From Candidatus Iainarchaeum sp. (GTDB taxonomy: Archaea; Iainarchaeota; Iainarchaeia; JAADDC01): 40,410 nt of DNA. The notes below the pieces were generated by a model that saw only the letters and a list, made by a program, of their open reading frames with translations, did no database searches and was not told the DNA's origin. Location: the NCBI GenBank assembly GCA_013154035.1, contig JAADDH010000013.1:1-40410 (forward strand). Reading direction: 5' to 3'. Positions 7,938 through 16,960 of this stretch are shown piece after piece. The position numbers and the translations under genes are program-made. Position 1 is the first letter of the stretch; each line of letters begins with the position of its first letter.

Positions 7938-9326
7938 GTGGATGCGATTTCTCTGCTAGCGCGGAAGCTCGGCGAGAAGGTTCGTAAATGGGACGACATT
8001 GCCGTTGTTAGTCACTACGATGCCGACGGCATCACCTCTGCCGCCATTCTCGTCTCGGCTCTAGAATCCATCGGGAAGGATGTTCGCTTCATCAATGTGA
8101 AGCAGTTATACTCCGACCAGATTGAAGAGATAAAGGACTTGGGCTCCGCATTTATATTCTCAGATCTGGGGATTGGCCAGATTTCCGCCCTGCTTGACAG
8201 TATGCGCGCCCCATTCATCGTTTTGGATCACCACGAGATCCCACCTGGCAAGGAATATCCTTATCTCCTTCACCCCCATCTCTTTGGGCTGGATGGCAGC
8301 AAGGAGCTCAGCGGCGCGGGAGTTTCATACATTTTTGCCCGCGAGCTGTCGGGACGCCGGGATCTGTCAGCCCTGGCGGTGGTCGGCGCCGTCGGAGATG
8401 TGCAGCTGGTTGGCGGTGCCCTTGTTGGTTACAATCGCAAGATTCTTTCCGAGGCGATTGAGGCGGGCAAAATATTCGCATTTAGGGATTTGGCGCTATA
8501 TGGGAGGGTTTCCCGCCCACTCCCTTATATGTTCGTGTACTCCACGGATCCCATTCTTCCTGGGCTGACGGCCAACGAGTCTGCTGTGTATGACTTCTTG
8601 GACTCGTTAGGCATACGCTACCGCGACGACTCTGGGCATCTTCTCCCCTATGTTGATCTCACACCGGAGGATCGCCGTTCTTTGTTCACTGGCCTTTCCC
8701 TTTATCTGCTCAACAGAGGCTGGGATACGGATAAGCTTTCCAGACTCATCGGGGAGGTGTATGAGCTAAGCGATGAAGATGCGCACTCTCCACTCCGCGA
8801 TGTCCGCGAGTATGCCACGCTACTCAATGCCTGTGGGCGGCATGGAGAACCGGAAGTCGGCGTTCACGTGGCCATGGGGGATCGGGGCAAATACTATGAG
8901 GAGGCAATATCTCTGCTGCGGCGCCATCGTGAGGCACTAAGGATGGGTGTTGATTATGTCGTCAGCAATGGGCTCACACCGTTGTCCGCAATTCAGTACT
9001 TCCACGCCCAGGATGTTATCCCTGCTAGCGTCGTAGGCATCGTTGCGGGGATGATTTACAGCTCCGGCATCGCCTCCTTTGACAAGGTCATTGTGGGAAT
9101 GGCCTATGAAGACGAAGAACACACAAAGGTGTCTGCCCGTGCCACGTCTCGCCTTGTATCTGCCGGCGTTGACCTATCAGTGGCAATGCGCAGGGCAGCC
9201 GAACGCGTTGGGGGCGAGGCTGGGGGACACAAGCCCGCCGCAGGCGCTAGGATACCAAGGGGGAGAGAAGAAGAGTTCGTCCAGATGTTGGATCGTCTGA
9301 TAGCTACTCAGCTTTCCTCTACTTGA
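7938..9326 (+). CDS. recJ: DHH/DHHA1 phosphoesterase, RecJ/Cdc45-like (GAN-type) nuclease
   Basis: DHH motifs are present: VVSHYDADGITSAA, FIVLDHHE and C-terminal GGHKPAAGARIP (DHHA1). 462 aa. GTG start lies about 23 nt downstream of the CTTTAAAC box. Confidence 0.85.
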   Translation: MDAISLLARKLGEKVRKWDDIAVVSHYDADGITSAAILVSALESIGKDVRFINVKQLYSDQIEEIKDLGSAFIFSDLGIGQISALLDSMRAPFIVLDHHEIPPGKEYPYLLHPHLFGLDGSKELSGAGVSYIFARELSGRRDLSALAVVGAVGDVQLVGGALVGYNRKILSEAIEAGKIFAFRDLALYGRVSRPLPYMFVYSTDPILPGLTANESAVYDFLDSLGIRYRDDSGHLLPYVDLTPEDRRSLFTGLSLYLLNRGWDTDKLSRLIGEVYELSDEDAHSPLRDVREYATLLNACGRHGEPEVGVHVAMGDRGKYYEEAISLLRRHREALRMGVDYVVSNGLTPLSAIQYFHAQDVIPASVVGIVAGMIYSSGIASFDKVIVGMAYEDEEHTKVSARATSRLVSAGVDLSVAMRRAAERVGGEAGGHKPAAGARIPRGREEEFVQMLDRLIATQLSST

Positions 9327-10137
9327 TCTGCTTGAGCCCATACTCCTCGGCTATTGCTTGGACCATTTCTAGCATCTCATCTTTGACTCCGTGGACCGCA
9401 TAGTATTCTGGACGCGGTGTGGTGCGCTCTATCGCCTGCCGGAGCATGTGCTCGTCCACGAATGGGAATGCGTACTTCGGAACCATGTGGCCGAAGGCTA
9501 CCCCTTTCTTCAATGCGATCTTCGTGAATCGCGGTGCGTAGTGTCCTCCGCCCACGCCAATGGCCGTTGGAACGTCCCTTGGCTTAAGTGCCGCTATTGC
9601 TGCCTCACCGATAACCGCTGCGGCATCCTCGTTCTCCCATTGCTCTTCCGTGCTACCCACCTCTACGAACATAATGGGAGCATCCAGTGTCGGCCCGTGG
9701 TGCGTTACCTCGTAGGATACGGAGAATCCGGGAATCGCCCGTTTCTTTATTTCCTCTAGAGCGGCAAGCATGTGCTGGGCAGGCGCCAGGGAAAGCGTCC
9801 TACTCTGCCCACCATACAGCGCGTCGCCCCAGTTCCCGGTGGTGTGCACTGTGAGGGTTGGTTCGCCGCTCTGGGACGAGTGGCGGGAGAGGACGATGTA
9901 GAGATCGCTGGGATATTCTTTTGTCAGCCAGTCTGCGTATGTGTGCTCCGTATCTATGACGATCATATCTGCATTTTCGTATTTGAAGACGGGGCGGTTG
10001 CGGAACGTTTTGTCCGTCCGTTCAAAGTAGTTTTCAATGAGGTACTCCCCGATCTTAATGGATGCGGGGTCCCGCGTGCACATGACAAAGGTCGGCATAA
10101 TCCAATTCCGCGCAAACACTTCAAAAGTTTCGCCCAT
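9319..10137 (-). CDS. dtdA: D-aminoacyl-tRNA deacylase, archaeal type
   Basis: LSRHSSQSGEPTLTVHTTGNWG and EVTHHGPT motifs are typical of DtdA (Dtd2). ATG 10098 (MPTFVMC...) is an alternative start. Confidence 0.85.
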   Translation of the reverse strand: MGETFEVFARNWIMPTFVMCTRDPASIKIGEYLIENYFERTDKTFRNRPVFKYENADMIVIDTEHTYADWLTKEYPSDLYIVLSRHSSQSGEPTLTVHTTGNWGDALYGGQSRTLSLAPAQHMLAALEEIKKRAIPGFSVSYEVTHHGPTLDAPIMFVEVGSTEEQWENEDAAAVIGEAAIAALKPRDVPTAIGVGGGHYAPRFTKIALKKGVAFGHMVPKYAFPFVDEHMLRQAIERTTPRPEYYAVHGVKDEMLEMVQAIAEEYGLKQIK

Positions 10138-10145
10138 ATTCTGCC

Positions 10146-10544
10146 GTGAAGCGCATATACTGGATCCTTCTGTTTATCGTTGCACTCGCTCTTGCGCACG
10201 TTCTGAACAGCTCTTCCCCTTCCGCACAGTCCTGCGACTTGAACACCTTCTCTCCAATCCTTCGCGAGTACTATTCGCTCGTTTCTGACTCCGCACGGGG
10301 TGTCTGTCCTCTCCGCGTCCTTGACGTGCCGGCGGGGAAACAACTGCTTTACTCTGTGCACGGGACGCCCGATATGAACGCAGTTGTCCGTGCCCTGCGC
10401 TCTGACGGCTATAGAATTACCAAGATCGTCCCTGGCAGGGAGTGGATGGTCATGGCGGATAAGAACGGGCACATTAGCATATACTACGCGCCGGATCGCA
10501 ATGCCCTCATTGTATTCATTTCTTCCAGAACATCTTCGTCCTGA
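10146..10544 (+). CDS. Small secreted or membrane-anchored protein
   Basis: 132 aa with a GTG start. N-terminal signal-like segment IYWILLFIVALALAHV. The 3' end overlaps the lhr 3' end (convergent). Confidence 0.45.
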   Translation: MKRIYWILLFIVALALAHVLNSSSPSAQSCDLNTFSPILREYYSLVSDSARGVCPLRVLDVPAGKQLLYSVHGTPDMNAVVRALRSDGYRITKIVPGREWMVMADKNGHISIYYAPDRNALIVFISSRTSSS

Positions 10545-13260
10545 AATACGTTCTCTCAGCGTCCAATAGCGCTTTCCAGAACTCATCATCGTTTTGGTAT
10601 GGTACCCGTAGGATCCTCGCAGCGGTCTGCGATCCGATTCCCGGCACTGCCATGGTTATAATCGCTCGCTTCCCGAATTCTCCAACAAGCTCCGCGTTGC
10701 GTATGAGCTCCATTATGCGTGTTTGATCCTTCTTGCTCGGCCTCTTCTTCTGCAGGATTTTCCAGGCATCTTCCGGGTCGTGAACTACTGCAACCATTGG
10801 GGAGCCGCATCGTATGCACTTGGGCCTATCTGCTACATCTTTTACCTTCCTGCGGAAGTGAGTGCCGCAGGAGGTGCATAGTAGCGTTACTTCCTTCTCC
10901 AGAACCCTCTTTTTGAAGAGATCTAGGATCGTATGCTCTGGCGTGTCCGGGTTAACGAGTTCGGGGGCGTTGAGGGCGTGGGATAGTTCGTACTTCCCGA
11001 CCTTGCTTATCTCTTTCCTCGTTTCCACGCTGTATTTGCCCGCTTCCAGATCGCGCAGAAACCTCTTCACGGCGTCTAGATCCAGCTTTTCGTGCAGTAT
11101 TTCCTTCCACGCCTCGCGGTGGATGGGTGAGCCTACCAGCGCGTCCAGGAGTTTGCGCACGTTGATTTTTTCCAGCTTTGCATGCTTAGATATGAGCCCG
11201 AAGCGGCGGGCCACGTGTATAAACCGCCATTTGAACATATTCGTCTTCGTTATTGCATTTTCAAGCACGAGGTCTGCCAGTTCCGGGTTTATGCTTCGCA
11301 AAATTTGGGCGACGCTCTCCGCCCCAAACCCCTCCGATTCAAACTCAAGTATTATCGCGTAGGGGGACGAGAACATGCGTACGGGGAGCCCGTAGCGCCT
11401 TGTGATCTCCGCTGCAAGTATGCGCCCCAGCGTGGCGTTGCCTCTTGACCCGAGGGGGACGTGGATCACTACAAAACGCTCACTCTCTTCAATCCGCACT
11501 GTGTTCTCACTGGGAGCGTCTCTAAACTGCTCTGCTGCCGCGCTGATATCTGATATGCTTGCAATGTCCGTCACGCTCGCCGTCCCATCCCGCATTCTTC
11601 TCCGCTCTGCTGCAACCTCTCGTGCTACCTCTTCTTCCACTGGAATCATTTCACCAATCCATGATGGAATCGCCCCCACCACGCTTTCCGATGGTTCCAC
11701 GTACACCTTCTGGTCTTCAATGGAGATTACTCGCCACGGCCTGCCCTTTACGACGAACACGGTGCCCGTTCCGAGGTATGTGCTCACGAAATCCTCGTCC
11801 AGACTGGCTATGCGGTTGCTGCTCACCACATCAATGACAAGGAACTTCTCGTTATCGGGGATCATGCTCAGATTTCCATAGTAGTACCTCCACGTATCCC
11901 TTGTTCGCCGAATACGATCTCCCACTACGCGTAGAAACCGTTCACTCTCCAGCTGTGTTACTACGTCCATGAACTCGCTCTCTTCCAGCGTTTCATACGG
12001 CTGGGCACGTTTTACTATTCTGTACGCATCCTCCAGGCGCATTTCCCCCCAGTCCATAAGTATGCCTACGATCTGGTGCGCTAGAACGTCTAGGGCATTG
12101 GTTTCCTGTCGCGCCGGTTCAAGCCTTTTCTCTTTTGCCCGCTTTGCTATAATTGCAGCCTCTACGAAGTCGTTCGCGTCAAGAGCGATGATGTAACCAA
12201 TGGATACGCGATCATACCTGTGTCCCGCCCTGCCCACGCGCTGGATTAGACGGGTCACTTGTCTTGGGGAGCCGTACTGGATGACAGCGTCCACTTCCCC
12301 AACATCAATTCCCAATTCCATGCTACTCGTGGCAATGAGGTGCTTTATCTCCCCCCTCTTGAATGTTTCCTCCACATTTAGGCGCACGCTGCGGGAGAGG
12401 GACGAGTGGTGAACGTCTGTGCTGTCATGGAACGCGGAGAAGTATAGTGAGAGATGTTCGGCCATGTTGCGCGTGTTTACAAACGTGATTACTTGCTTGT
12501 GCTTTTTCAGGATCTCCGACATTGCCTTCAGGCGGATGTACACATCTGGATTCATGCCCATTTCCGCCGCTGCTTTTTTGTCCTCTGCATTTGGCCGCGG
12601 ATACAGAACGCGCACGGAGTATTCTTTCTTCGCACTCACGTCTATGATCTCTGCAGTTCTTTCGCTGCCTGCGAGAAAGCGTGCCGTGAGTTTGGGCGAT
12701 CCCACCGTTGCGGATATTCCCACACGCTGAAATGAATGGCCTATCTTTTCTTCCAGCCGTTCCAGCGCGATGGCCAGCTGGTAGCCCCTCTTTTCTCCTA
12801 CTAGCTCGTGTATCTCGTCAATTATTACAGTCTGTACGTTCTTCAGATGTTCTCCCATTTTCTGGGCGGGTAGTATAGCCTGCAGGGTTTCAGGGGTCGT
12901 TATGAGTATGTGTGGTGGTTCGCTGGCCTGTTTGGATCTGCGGTACTGGGATGTGTCTCCGTGGCGCACGTCCACTCTTAGCCCCAGGGCTTCCCCCCAC
13001 CATTTTATGCGGTCAAGCATGTCGCGATTTAGCGCGCGGAGGGGGGTTATGTATAGGACAGAAATAGGTTCTGCATTGTTGGAGAGGATACGCTCAAGAA
13101 CCGGGAGCAGAGCAGCCTCTGTTTTTCCAGATCCTGTTGGCGCAACGATTAGGACGTTTTTCCCGGAAGATATTGGGCCGTATGCCTGTTTTTGAACATC
13201 CGTGGGCTCTTTGAACCCCCTTTCCTGCCATAGCTGGTATATTTTGTCAGAGGGGTTCAT
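10516..13260 (-). CDS. lhr: Lhr-family large DEAH-box helicase
   Basis: 914 aa. Motif I APTGSGKTEAA, motif II DEIHE, motif VI QRVGRAGH. The long C-terminal extension has a Zn ribbon (CTSCG...CIRCG), as in archaeal Lhr-type helicases. Confidence 0.9.
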   Translation of the reverse strand: MNPSDKIYQLWQERGFKEPTDVQKQAYGPISSGKNVLIVAPTGSGKTEAALLPVLERILSNNAEPISVLYITPLRALNRDMLDRIKWWGEALGLRVDVRHGDTSQYRRSKQASEPPHILITTPETLQAILPAQKMGEHLKNVQTVIIDEIHELVGEKRGYQLAIALERLEEKIGHSFQRVGISATVGSPKLTARFLAGSERTAEIIDVSAKKEYSVRVLYPRPNAEDKKAAAEMGMNPDVYIRLKAMSEILKKHKQVITFVNTRNMAEHLSLYFSAFHDSTDVHHSSLSRSVRLNVEETFKRGEIKHLIATSSMELGIDVGEVDAVIQYGSPRQVTRLIQRVGRAGHRYDRVSIGYIIALDANDFVEAAIIAKRAKEKRLEPARQETNALDVLAHQIVGILMDWGEMRLEDAYRIVKRAQPYETLEESEFMDVVTQLESERFLRVVGDRIRRTRDTWRYYYGNLSMIPDNEKFLVIDVVSSNRIASLDEDFVSTYLGTGTVFVVKGRPWRVISIEDQKVYVEPSESVVGAIPSWIGEMIPVEEEVAREVAAERRRMRDGTASVTDIASISDISAAAEQFRDAPSENTVRIEESERFVVIHVPLGSRGNATLGRILAAEITRRYGLPVRMFSSPYAIILEFESEGFGAESVAQILRSINPELADLVLENAITKTNMFKWRFIHVARRFGLISKHAKLEKINVRKLLDALVGSPIHREAWKEILHEKLDLDAVKRFLRDLEAGKYSVETRKEISKVGKYELSHALNAPELVNPDTPEHTILDLFKKRVLEKEVTLLCTSCGTHFRRKVKDVADRPKCIRCGSPMVAVVHDPEDAWKILQKKRPSKKDQTRIMELIRNAELVGEFGKRAIITMAVPGIGSQTAARILRVPYQNDDEFWKALLDAERTYFRTKMFWKK

Positions 13261-13284
13261 TTGTTCACCAGATTAAAGAAGTAG

Positions 13285-13452
13285 TCACCAGTCCTCCTCG
13301 TCGATGTCGTAGTCCTCGTCATCGTCAATATCGTCGTCCCAGTCCTCTTCGTCCCAGTCTTCCTCGTCCCAATCCTCGTCCCAGTCCTCCTCTCTGAAGT
13401 CGTCCTCGTCTATGAACGTCTCATCCGTCTTTTTGGCATTTTCCTCTGCCAT
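13285..13452 (-). CDS. Hyper-acidic Trp-repeat mini-protein (55 aa)
   Basis: ATG at 13452 lies about 27-38 nt downstream of a CTTAATAAATCC box. 35 of 55 residues are D/E, with five (E/D)DW repeats and a C-terminus of EEDW. It ends 24 nt upstream of lhr on the same strand. Confidence 0.5.
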   Translation of the reverse strand: MAEENAKKTDETFIDEDDFREEDWDEDWDEEDWDEEDWDDDIDDDEDYDIDEEDW

Positions 13453-13545
13453 ATGGATCGGAAGGAATAGCAAAGTAGGATTTATTAAGTTTACTTGGCT
13501 TTGCCGAGAGTTCGGTTTAAATATAATCGCCGCACTCTTCTAAGT

Positions 13546-14319
13546 ATGGGCGTTTTTGCCGTTGTGCGCAGGGCTGTTTCCGATTCTCTCGACCTGGGAC
13601 TGGCACTACTTGTGGTGCTTGTTGAGTGGGGCATTACGTACGCATTCATGGACGTTCTAACAAACCTTTTCTCCCAGGTGATTTCTCCCCTGTTGGTGTC
13701 CCCGTCGTTTTCATACGCGTTTCTTCAGACAATGGTGTCTGCGATCATATCCTTCCTGTTCCAGCCAACGAACCTTTTGATACTTCTCGTGTACGGTTTC
13801 CTCCAGCTTTACCTTTTCATGCTTGTGATCTCGTGGATTGGCCGGCGCAGGACCGGGCAGCCATCTAATCCCTTTGCTGCAGCATTTCACAGGCTTCTTT
13901 CTGCATTCGTCTTGTTCCTGATCGTTTACGCGCCCATATATCTTCTCGTGCTTCTAATTCCTGTCGTTCCCGCAGGGTGGGTGCCATATCTTTTCTGGGC
14001 TACCCTGTTCCTTTACGTGTTTTATCTTCCTATTGTGCTACCTTCCTTTGCGGCTCTTGGCATCGACCAGCCGCGGATTTCTGATGCTCTGCGCCACGGC
14101 ACCTTCGTCGGCAAGCGCCATTATTGGACGATTATCTTTGGGCTCATCTTCGCTGCGGTGATTTTGCTCGCCGTTGAGTTCGTCTTTTCGGATCTGTTCC
14201 GCATTTGGCCGAATGTATTCTTCGGATACTTCCTGTATGCGCTGGCCATGGCGCTCTACGTGGTGCTCCCCGTGGCTGTGATTACGGAGACATACATACT
14301 TGATGTCCACGGTGAGTGA
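13546..14319 (+). CDS. Polytopic membrane protein, unknown function
   Basis: ATG 13546 lies about 21 nt after the TTTAAATATAA box. About 7 hydrophobic segments. Its stop (TGA 14317-14319) overlaps the tmcA GTG at 14316. Confidence 0.6.
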   Translation: MGVFAVVRRAVSDSLDLGLALLVVLVEWGITYAFMDVLTNLFSQVISPLLVSPSFSYAFLQTMVSAIISFLFQPTNLLILLVYGFLQLYLFMLVISWIGRRRTGQPSNPFAAAFHRLLSAFVLFLIVYAPIYLLVLLIPVVPAGWVPYLFWATLFLYVFYLPIVLPSFAALGIDQPRISDALRHGTFVGKRHYWTIIFGLIFAAVILLAVEFVFSDLFRIWPNVFFGYFLYALAMALYVVLPVAVITETYILDVHGE

Positions 14320-16595
14320 CCATGGATGCGCTAGAAGAGGCCATTCGCTCGGCAGTGGGTACTCGCCACCGTCGCATGTTCGTCATATCTGGCGACTGGA
14401 AGAAGTCTATGAAGGTTGCCGGTAAGATTCTCCGCACCGCGAAGAAGTATGTTGGCAAGGATCTGGTATATTTCGCTGAGTTTCCCAAGGATTCAGACAT
14501 TGGGGAGCGGAGGTTTAAGGAGTTCACCCGTCAGATCTCTGGGCAGGGCTACCTTGTCCAGAAGAAGGCCTTTGCCATGGCCCCAACTGTTCTGGGCAAG
14601 ACTTTTGACGTTCTGGTCATTGAAGCCTACGAGAACTTCCCGCCGCGCGACATGGGTATTATCGTGGAGACCGTGCGCGGCCCTGGCATAATCATTCTCC
14701 TCATACCCGAGATCAACAAATGGGTCACATCCAAGATGTTTTATCACGCCAACTCCGTTGTTACCCCGCCATATAGCGTTAATGATTGCAGAGACGTTTT
14801 CTTGAACCGCGTTGCCAAGAAGTTCTTTGAGCACGCTGGGATTTATGTCCTCTCAGACTCTGGCGAAATTGTTAAAGCTCCAAAATCTGAGGAGAAGCCA
14901 GAGAAGAAGGGCAAGATAAAGATTCCGGTTGAATCAATCATTCCCGACACGGTGTATAAGCTTGCGGCTACGCAGGACCAGGTGGATGCGCTGGAGGTTC
15001 TAGAAACCGTCGTGAAGTCCAAAAAGAAAGCGTACGTTCTCCTAGCTGACCGTGGGCGTGGGAAATCCGCAGTTATCGGTCTGACGATCGGCGGCATCAT
15101 CGGCACGAAGAAGTGGAAGATCATCGTCACGGCACCTTCCTTTGACAACGCGGCGCAGGTCTTTGAGTTTATTAAGCGTGCACTGGACGCGCTCGGTGTT
15201 GAGTATAGCGATAAGAGGGGAAAGATCGTCGTTAAGGGTGGTGGTGAGGCCGTATTCATGGAACCGCTGGATGCGGTTGATTCAAAGGCGGATATTCTCT
15301 TCGTGGACGAGGCTGCAGGTATATACGTCTCCGTGCTGAAGGGCATCATCCGTCGCTACAAACGCCTGGTTTTCGCCACAACTACCCACGGCTACGAGGG
15401 TACGGGTCGTCTCTTCCAGTATAAGTTCCTCCCGCTTCTTCAGTCCAAGTACGACGTTGAAATTCTGCGGATGAGCGAACCCATTCGTTACGGCGAGGGC
15501 GACCCCATTGAAAAATGGCTTTATGATGTGTTCCTCTTTGATGCCGAGCCGGCGGAGCTGAGCGAGGAAGATATCGCCGCTGTTGAGCGAGGGGAACTGC
15601 TGTTTGAGGAACTTGATGTGCGTAAGATGTTTTTGGAGGACGAGAAGACGCTCCGTCAGTTCGTCGGCATATACGTCTTCGCGCACTATCGTAACAACCC
15701 ACGGGATATAGCAATCCTCGCCGACGCACCAAACCAGAGGGCCTTTGCCGTTAAAACCCCGTCCGGCAAGATTGTTTGTTCCCTCCAGGTGGCTGAAGAG
15801 GGTGGGCTGCCGAAGCCCGTCATAGATGCGATGAAGGACCGCGAGGTGATTCAGGGCAACATTCTTCCAGACCTCATGATCAAGTATTATGGCTACGAGG
15901 CATTTGCTCGCTCCCGCGGCGCCCGTGTGGTGCGTATTGCCACACATCCCGATCTGCAGGGCAAAGGTATCGGATCCTACGCACTGGACCGCCTGGCTAG
16001 CCACGTGGCGGGAGAGGGCTTCCACTGGTTGGGCGCGGTCTTTGGAGCATCTTCTCAGCTCCTGAACTTTTGGGGGAAGAACGGATTTTCACCCATTCAC
16101 GTGTCTCCCAAGCGTAACCCCGAGTCCGGCGAGTACTCAACGGCCGTTCTCAAGCCGCTCGTTGATTCTGTAGCGCCCCTCATTTCCCTGGCCAACCGGG
16201 GGATTAAACTACGTGTGGCCTATGAGCTGGACAACTTCTACCGAAACATGGATCCCGAGGTTGCAATTCGCCTCTTGAGCGAGGGGGAGACGCTGGATTA
16301 TGAGCCGCTCCTCCTTGATGCGGACCGTAGAAAGCTTCAGAGATTCCTGGATGGGGGCCTACACTACGATGCGGTGTCTGACGTGGTGTATCGCCTCGTG
16401 GTACACTACTTCGTTACCGGCGCCCGCGAGCCACCCATGGACGAGAAGGATAAGGCATACCTCGTAGAGAAGGTACTCAAGAAGCGCACCTGGAAGGGCG
16501 TGGGAGACGTGTTCAACCGCGATCCCATGAAGGTTGCCCGCCGCATTGACAGAATTCTTTACGGGTTGATCCGCTGGTACCTCGGTGAGATCTGA
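14316..16595 (+). CDS. tmcA: tRNA(Met) cytidine acetyltransferase (TmcA/Kre33/NAT10 family)
   Basis: 759 aa. Helicase-like ATPase domain with Walker A ADRGRGKS and Walker B ILFVDEAA, followed by GNAT core VRIATHPDLQGKGIGSYAL and a C-terminal tRNA-binding-like tail. Confidence 0.9.
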   Translation: MTMDALEEAIRSAVGTRHRRMFVISGDWKKSMKVAGKILRTAKKYVGKDLVYFAEFPKDSDIGERRFKEFTRQISGQGYLVQKKAFAMAPTVLGKTFDVLVIEAYENFPPRDMGIIVETVRGPGIIILLIPEINKWVTSKMFYHANSVVTPPYSVNDCRDVFLNRVAKKFFEHAGIYVLSDSGEIVKAPKSEEKPEKKGKIKIPVESIIPDTVYKLAATQDQVDALEVLETVVKSKKKAYVLLADRGRGKSAVIGLTIGGIIGTKKWKIIVTAPSFDNAAQVFEFIKRALDALGVEYSDKRGKIVVKGGGEAVFMEPLDAVDSKADILFVDEAAGIYVSVLKGIIRRYKRLVFATTTHGYEGTGRLFQYKFLPLLQSKYDVEILRMSEPIRYGEGDPIEKWLYDVFLFDAEPAELSEEDIAAVERGELLFEELDVRKMFLEDEKTLRQFVGIYVFAHYRNNPRDIAILADAPNQRAFAVKTPSGKIVCSLQVAEEGGLPKPVIDAMKDREVIQGNILPDLMIKYYGYEAFARSRGARVVRIATHPDLQGKGIGSYALDRLASHVAGEGFHWLGAVFGASSQLLNFWGKNGFSPIHVSPKRNPESGEYSTAVLKPLVDSVAPLISLANRGIKLRVAYELDNFYRNMDPEVAIRLLSEGETLDYEPLLLDADRRKLQRFLDGGLHYDAVSDVVYRLVVHYFVTGAREPPMDEKDKAYLVEKVLKKRTWKGVGDVFNRDPMKVARRIDRILYGLIRWYLGEI

Positions 16596-16906
16596 TGATG
16601 CTTCACTTCTCTCCCCGCTACCGCAAGGATCTCATTTCCGGCAAGAAGCGCATGACCATCCGTTACGGCAGGAAATACCGCGTCCGTCCTGGCAATGTGG
16701 TCTTTCTTGCAGTGGGGAACGTGCCCATTGCCCGTGCTAAGATTACGTCCGTGCAGGTAAAGCAGCTTAATCGTCTAACGCCCCAGGAGATTCGTATGGA
16801 GGGGTACAGGAGTTTTGATGATCTTCTGGCGAATCTGAGGAAGCACTACCCCGAGATAACGCCCCAGTCCTATGTCACCGTGATAAAATGGGCGCTCATG
16901 CCGTAG
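16595..16906 (+). CDS. ASCH-domain protein (YqfB-like, PUA-like fold)
   Basis: 103 aa. LISGKKRMTIRYG, GNVVFL, RMEGY and YVTVIKW match the ASCH signature. Its ATG shares one nt with the tmcA stop (TGATG). Confidence 0.75.
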   Translation: MMLHFSPRYRKDLISGKKRMTIRYGRKYRVRPGNVVFLAVGNVPIARAKITSVQVKQLNRLTPQEIRMEGYRSFDDLLANLRKHYPEITPQSYVTVIKWALMP

Positions 16907-16931
16907 CAGGGGAAAGTTAGCATACCGTTGA

Positions 16932-16939
16932 TTTAAATA
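16932..16939 (+). promoter_or_regulatory. TATA box of orc1/cdc6, flanked by the inverted repeat GGGGAAA / TTTCCCC
   Basis: TTTAAATA is centred about 25 nt upstream of GTG 16961. The inverted 7-mers lie at 16909-16915 and 16954-16960. Confidence 0.5.
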
Positions 16940-16960
16940 CTCTGGCTGCGTTTTTTCCCC

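Noticed and set aside
13285-13473. Short imperfect tandem DNA repeats (GTCCTCxTCGTCCCA-like units) that could be read as a microsatellite or degenerate CRISPR-like array.
   Set aside because: The units are 9-15 nt with no spacers. The periodicity is in multiples of three and translates into the (E/D)DW repeats of the acidic mini-ORF. This is a coding repeat, not a CRISPR array.
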